A stretch of DNA of 60,578 bases, the filler included, from Convolutriloba macropyga (lineage: Eukaryota): assembly GCF_964194025.1 (NCBI RefSeq). It is 3 parts of 3 records of this genome, joined end to end, with 100 filler letters (N's around TTAATTAATTAA, not from the genome) between each part and the next. Parts side by side here need not be neighbours in the genome. Positions count along the whole stretch, not along the records: positions 29,235 to 60,578 come from NC_134477.1; 2 more parts are not named here. One strand, 5' to 3'. Positions 57,671 through 60,578 of this stretch are shown here, one piece after another. A program made the translations under genes and the position numbers. The notes below the pieces were generated by a model. That model had not been told where the DNA came from. It made no database searches and saw nothing but the letters and a program-made list of their open reading frames with translations. Positions within the stretch are counted from its first letter, which is position 1; each line of letters begins with the position of its first letter.

Positions 57671-60578
57671 GGAAAATCATTGCTTTAGGGAGAAAAATAC
57701 CTGGAGAAACGAATTTCAAGGATTCTATGTATTCTGTCATCCTGTGGTGTATAAATAGGCGTCCAATGAGTTAAAAATTGTATTTTTGAACTTCTTCAAT
57801 GTGGGAGATTATATTAAAACAATAAATTTGCACTTTCTTTCTCTAAACTTTTGCTCTAGGAAGCAAAAATACCTGGAGAAACGAAATATTTTCAAGTTTT
57901 CTATCTATTCTGTCATCCTGAGGGTATTTTTGACCGATTTTAAGATCGACATTATTGCAGTATATAAATTTTTGAAGTTTTTTTGTATTGAAAATTGGGC
58001 CAAGATAATAAAACAGGCATTTTTTGGCCGCTTTGAACATGAAACGCCTCTTTGAACGCTTAGGTCCAAAAAAGGCAAGATAGAACTAGTGATTGTTTTT
58101 TTTTGAAAAGGTAACAAATATTGTTTTACATTGCTTCATATATAGCTCATCTTAAAGCTCATAAAATAGGACTTGCAGCCATTTTTTTTACTTTTATGAA
58201 TAAAAGCCTCAAGGGTACCTAAATTGGCATCAAACATAAAAGAAAAATCGAGTCGTTTATGACTTGGTAAATATTGGCTAAGTCTACCCATTTTTTTAAT
58301 AGTACAATAGCTCTATATAAAGTTTCGAAAAGATCTTGTTTACAAAATTGCGCGATGATAAAATAACATGCGTTTTTTGACCGCTTTGACCATGAAACGA
58401 CCCTTTGAACGCTTAGGCCCAAAATAGACAAGATTCGATGTTTGTTTGTTTTACTCAGAACGTAACAAATATTAGCTCAATTTGCGTCCTTTATAGCTCA
58501 TTTTAATGCATTTTAGATAGGCTTTGCAGTCGTATGTTTTATTTTTTGTAAACGATTGCTTCAAGGGTACCTAAAGTGGCTTCAAAGATAAAAGAAAAAT
58601 CGAAGCTATTATGACTTGGTAAATAGTGGCTGAGTCTGCCCACTTTTAAGACTGGTACAATGACCCTATATAAAGTTTTGAAAAGCTCTTGTGTAGACAA
58701 TTGCGCAAGGAAAAGGAAACGGGCACTTTTTGACCGTTTAGGTGCGTTTATGTCTCCTAGAAGCACTGGTCAGCGAGTTGAAATTTCGATTTGTATATGA
58801 TGTAAAATTTCTCAACGAATAATCACTCAAGTGAATTGATATATAGTCCACTTTGAAGACAAAAATCCTTTTGTTGCAGCCATTAGCTATTTGGGATCGT
58901 AAGAGGGCTGTAAGTATCACTTTTTTTCAAAACTGTCATTTTTCGTGCTGATTTCTAAAAATTTTTGTAAAAAGTAAAGATATTGGATGTTAATTGAATA
59001 ACTAACCAAATGAAACACATATCGTTGCAAAGCTCCTACATTGTAGTTGACGTGGACATATTTGTTTGTGTCCAATTTTTGCGTAGAAGATCTCAAGTAC
59101 AGGATTGATTAGAGAAAAGCAAATTGAAATATTTTTGATTTATAGATTTGCAGTAAATGCGAATACTTATATATAAGCAGAACCATTGGTTCATGTTTTT
59201 TTTCAATGCCATTTGCAGACAAATCTGCTAAGATTATAAAAATTGCGCTTTTGGACCATTTAGGTACGTTTAGAGTACCTAGAGTATTTTTATATAAGCG
59301 GATTGGAATTGGAATAATTTTCCATACCCAAATTCAGAAAAATTTCGCTGATGCAATCAAAAGCTCTAAATATCACCAAAAACGCTTTTTACAGATTTTT
59401 TTTACTTTAGCCTCATCCCGGTAAAAATAAATACCTGATCGCTGCAAAAAAACGAGGCGTAGAACGAATTAAGTCAGTGTCAGTGATCATTCAAAAATGA
59501 AAAATTCTAGGACTTCCTTGCAGAAAAATTGTTTCAATTTGCCCCCTTCTAGAACTTGTAGGTCTGTTTTTTTAAGGAGACCATCACTGCATTACAGCAG
59601 CAATCAAAGGCAGCTTTTTTTAAAAGTTAAATAACTATTGCTTTGAAATGGCCTCAAGTTTTCTGATGAACGGTCTGATTTCGAAATTGACATCAACACA
59701 ACTTCTTTAAAAAAAAACTGTCACTGGCATTTTTTTTATGGCCGCATTTGTCTCCGGCATGTGCCTAAAATCTCGACTTTCAAATGAGTTGTTTTAGTGG
59801 CAAATTCTCATGGGTTCAGGAGAAATGCTGAAGTGGCCAGACTAAGGGAAACTTCCGCCTCCCAAATTAAGAACGCTTTTTTTTCAACCCTTTTTTCTCA
59901 AAATCAATAAGATCATTTGTTTCAAAACTTTGCATATGAGTTTGTTGTACTAAAGGGAAGGCACATGCAAAATTTCAGGTTTCTATGATGATTTTTGCCA
60001 AATCACTTATTTTTGGATCCTTGGGTTTTGCAGGTGAGGTCTACTAGTACAAACCTGAATCAAAAGCTGAAAAAACGGTCGTTTCTAAAAAGACTACGCA
60101 CTATCTTGCAAATACCAAATATGCTTTAAAGTACTCCGACAGGACACATATCAAAAAATTTTTGCAAAAGAACGTGTATTTGCGGAGAAAATGCATTTTC
60201 TGGATTTCGCAGTTTTTGTGGTGTTTGGCCGCTTTTGGTACCCTACTCCGCTCGGTTCATATATCCTCGAATATTCAATTTAAAACCATCAATCAATTTG
60301 CTACGGATTGTGCGTGAGCCGTACTTTATTCAGAATGCAATTTTTTTGGAAAAATTGTGAGAAAAAGTCTAAAAAAATACCAAAAATTGCAAAAAAATAA
60401 AAAATTTGAAAAATTTTCGATCAACTTAAAAATGGTCCTATGAACTGTTTTTTCGGGGCTTTTTTCGATTTTTGAGCTACAAATACGTTGACCTATCACG
60501 TTATGGCATGTGTTTTGGACCCGGAACGCCTTTTCATTGTTCGCGGGGGTATGCTAAATCCGTGGATTTGGTGGTCCA

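Larger units (their letters stand above)
47611..60578 (+). repeat. Higher-order tandem repeat: two head-to-tail ~6.53 kb units (47611-54136 and 54137-end)
   Basis: Offset of 6526 at unit starts (47642/54168, 47913/54439) and ~6541 at unit ends; near-identical single-copy parts. Confidence 0.97.

Noticed and set aside
47642-59424. Many 60-146 aa ORFs in the macrosatellite (e.g. MKNCLH...)
   Set aside because: Frames break at homopolymer length variants between copies and show no recognisable domains; they are by-products of repetition.

Overview
Eukaryotic (most likely invertebrate metazoan) genomic scaffold with N-gaps, made almost entirely of mobile DNA around a host immune gene. (1) 1-~9060: the virion-morphogenesis half of a degenerate Polinton/Maverick (adintovirus-like) element: duplicated two-TM membrane protein, A32/FtsK-type packaging ATPase, rve integrase with its second catalytic Asp deleted, basic core protein with QxGxG sites, double-jelly-roll-type major capsid protein and adenain-like protease. 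Two apparently spliced accessory genes follow: an acidic PPxY protein and an SGNH-hydrolase-like protein. (2) Two exons of an RNF213/mysterin-like AAA+ gene (10285-11985 and 24049-24181). The ~12 kb intron between them holds an antisense Ty3/Gypsy element whose pol carries a TARG1/OARD1-type macrodomain between protease and RT. (3) 24.6-39.4 kb: a second Gypsy and three decayed CR1/L2-type LINEs, one with a separate SGNH esterase ORF upstream of a PHD-type ORF1. (4) 40-47 kb: a local duplication and MITE-like elements. (5) 47.6-60.6 kb: two tandem ~6.53 kb units, each with five ~530 bp subrepeats centred on a long GC-rich palindrome. All family assignments come from motif recognition by eye; no database searches were run.
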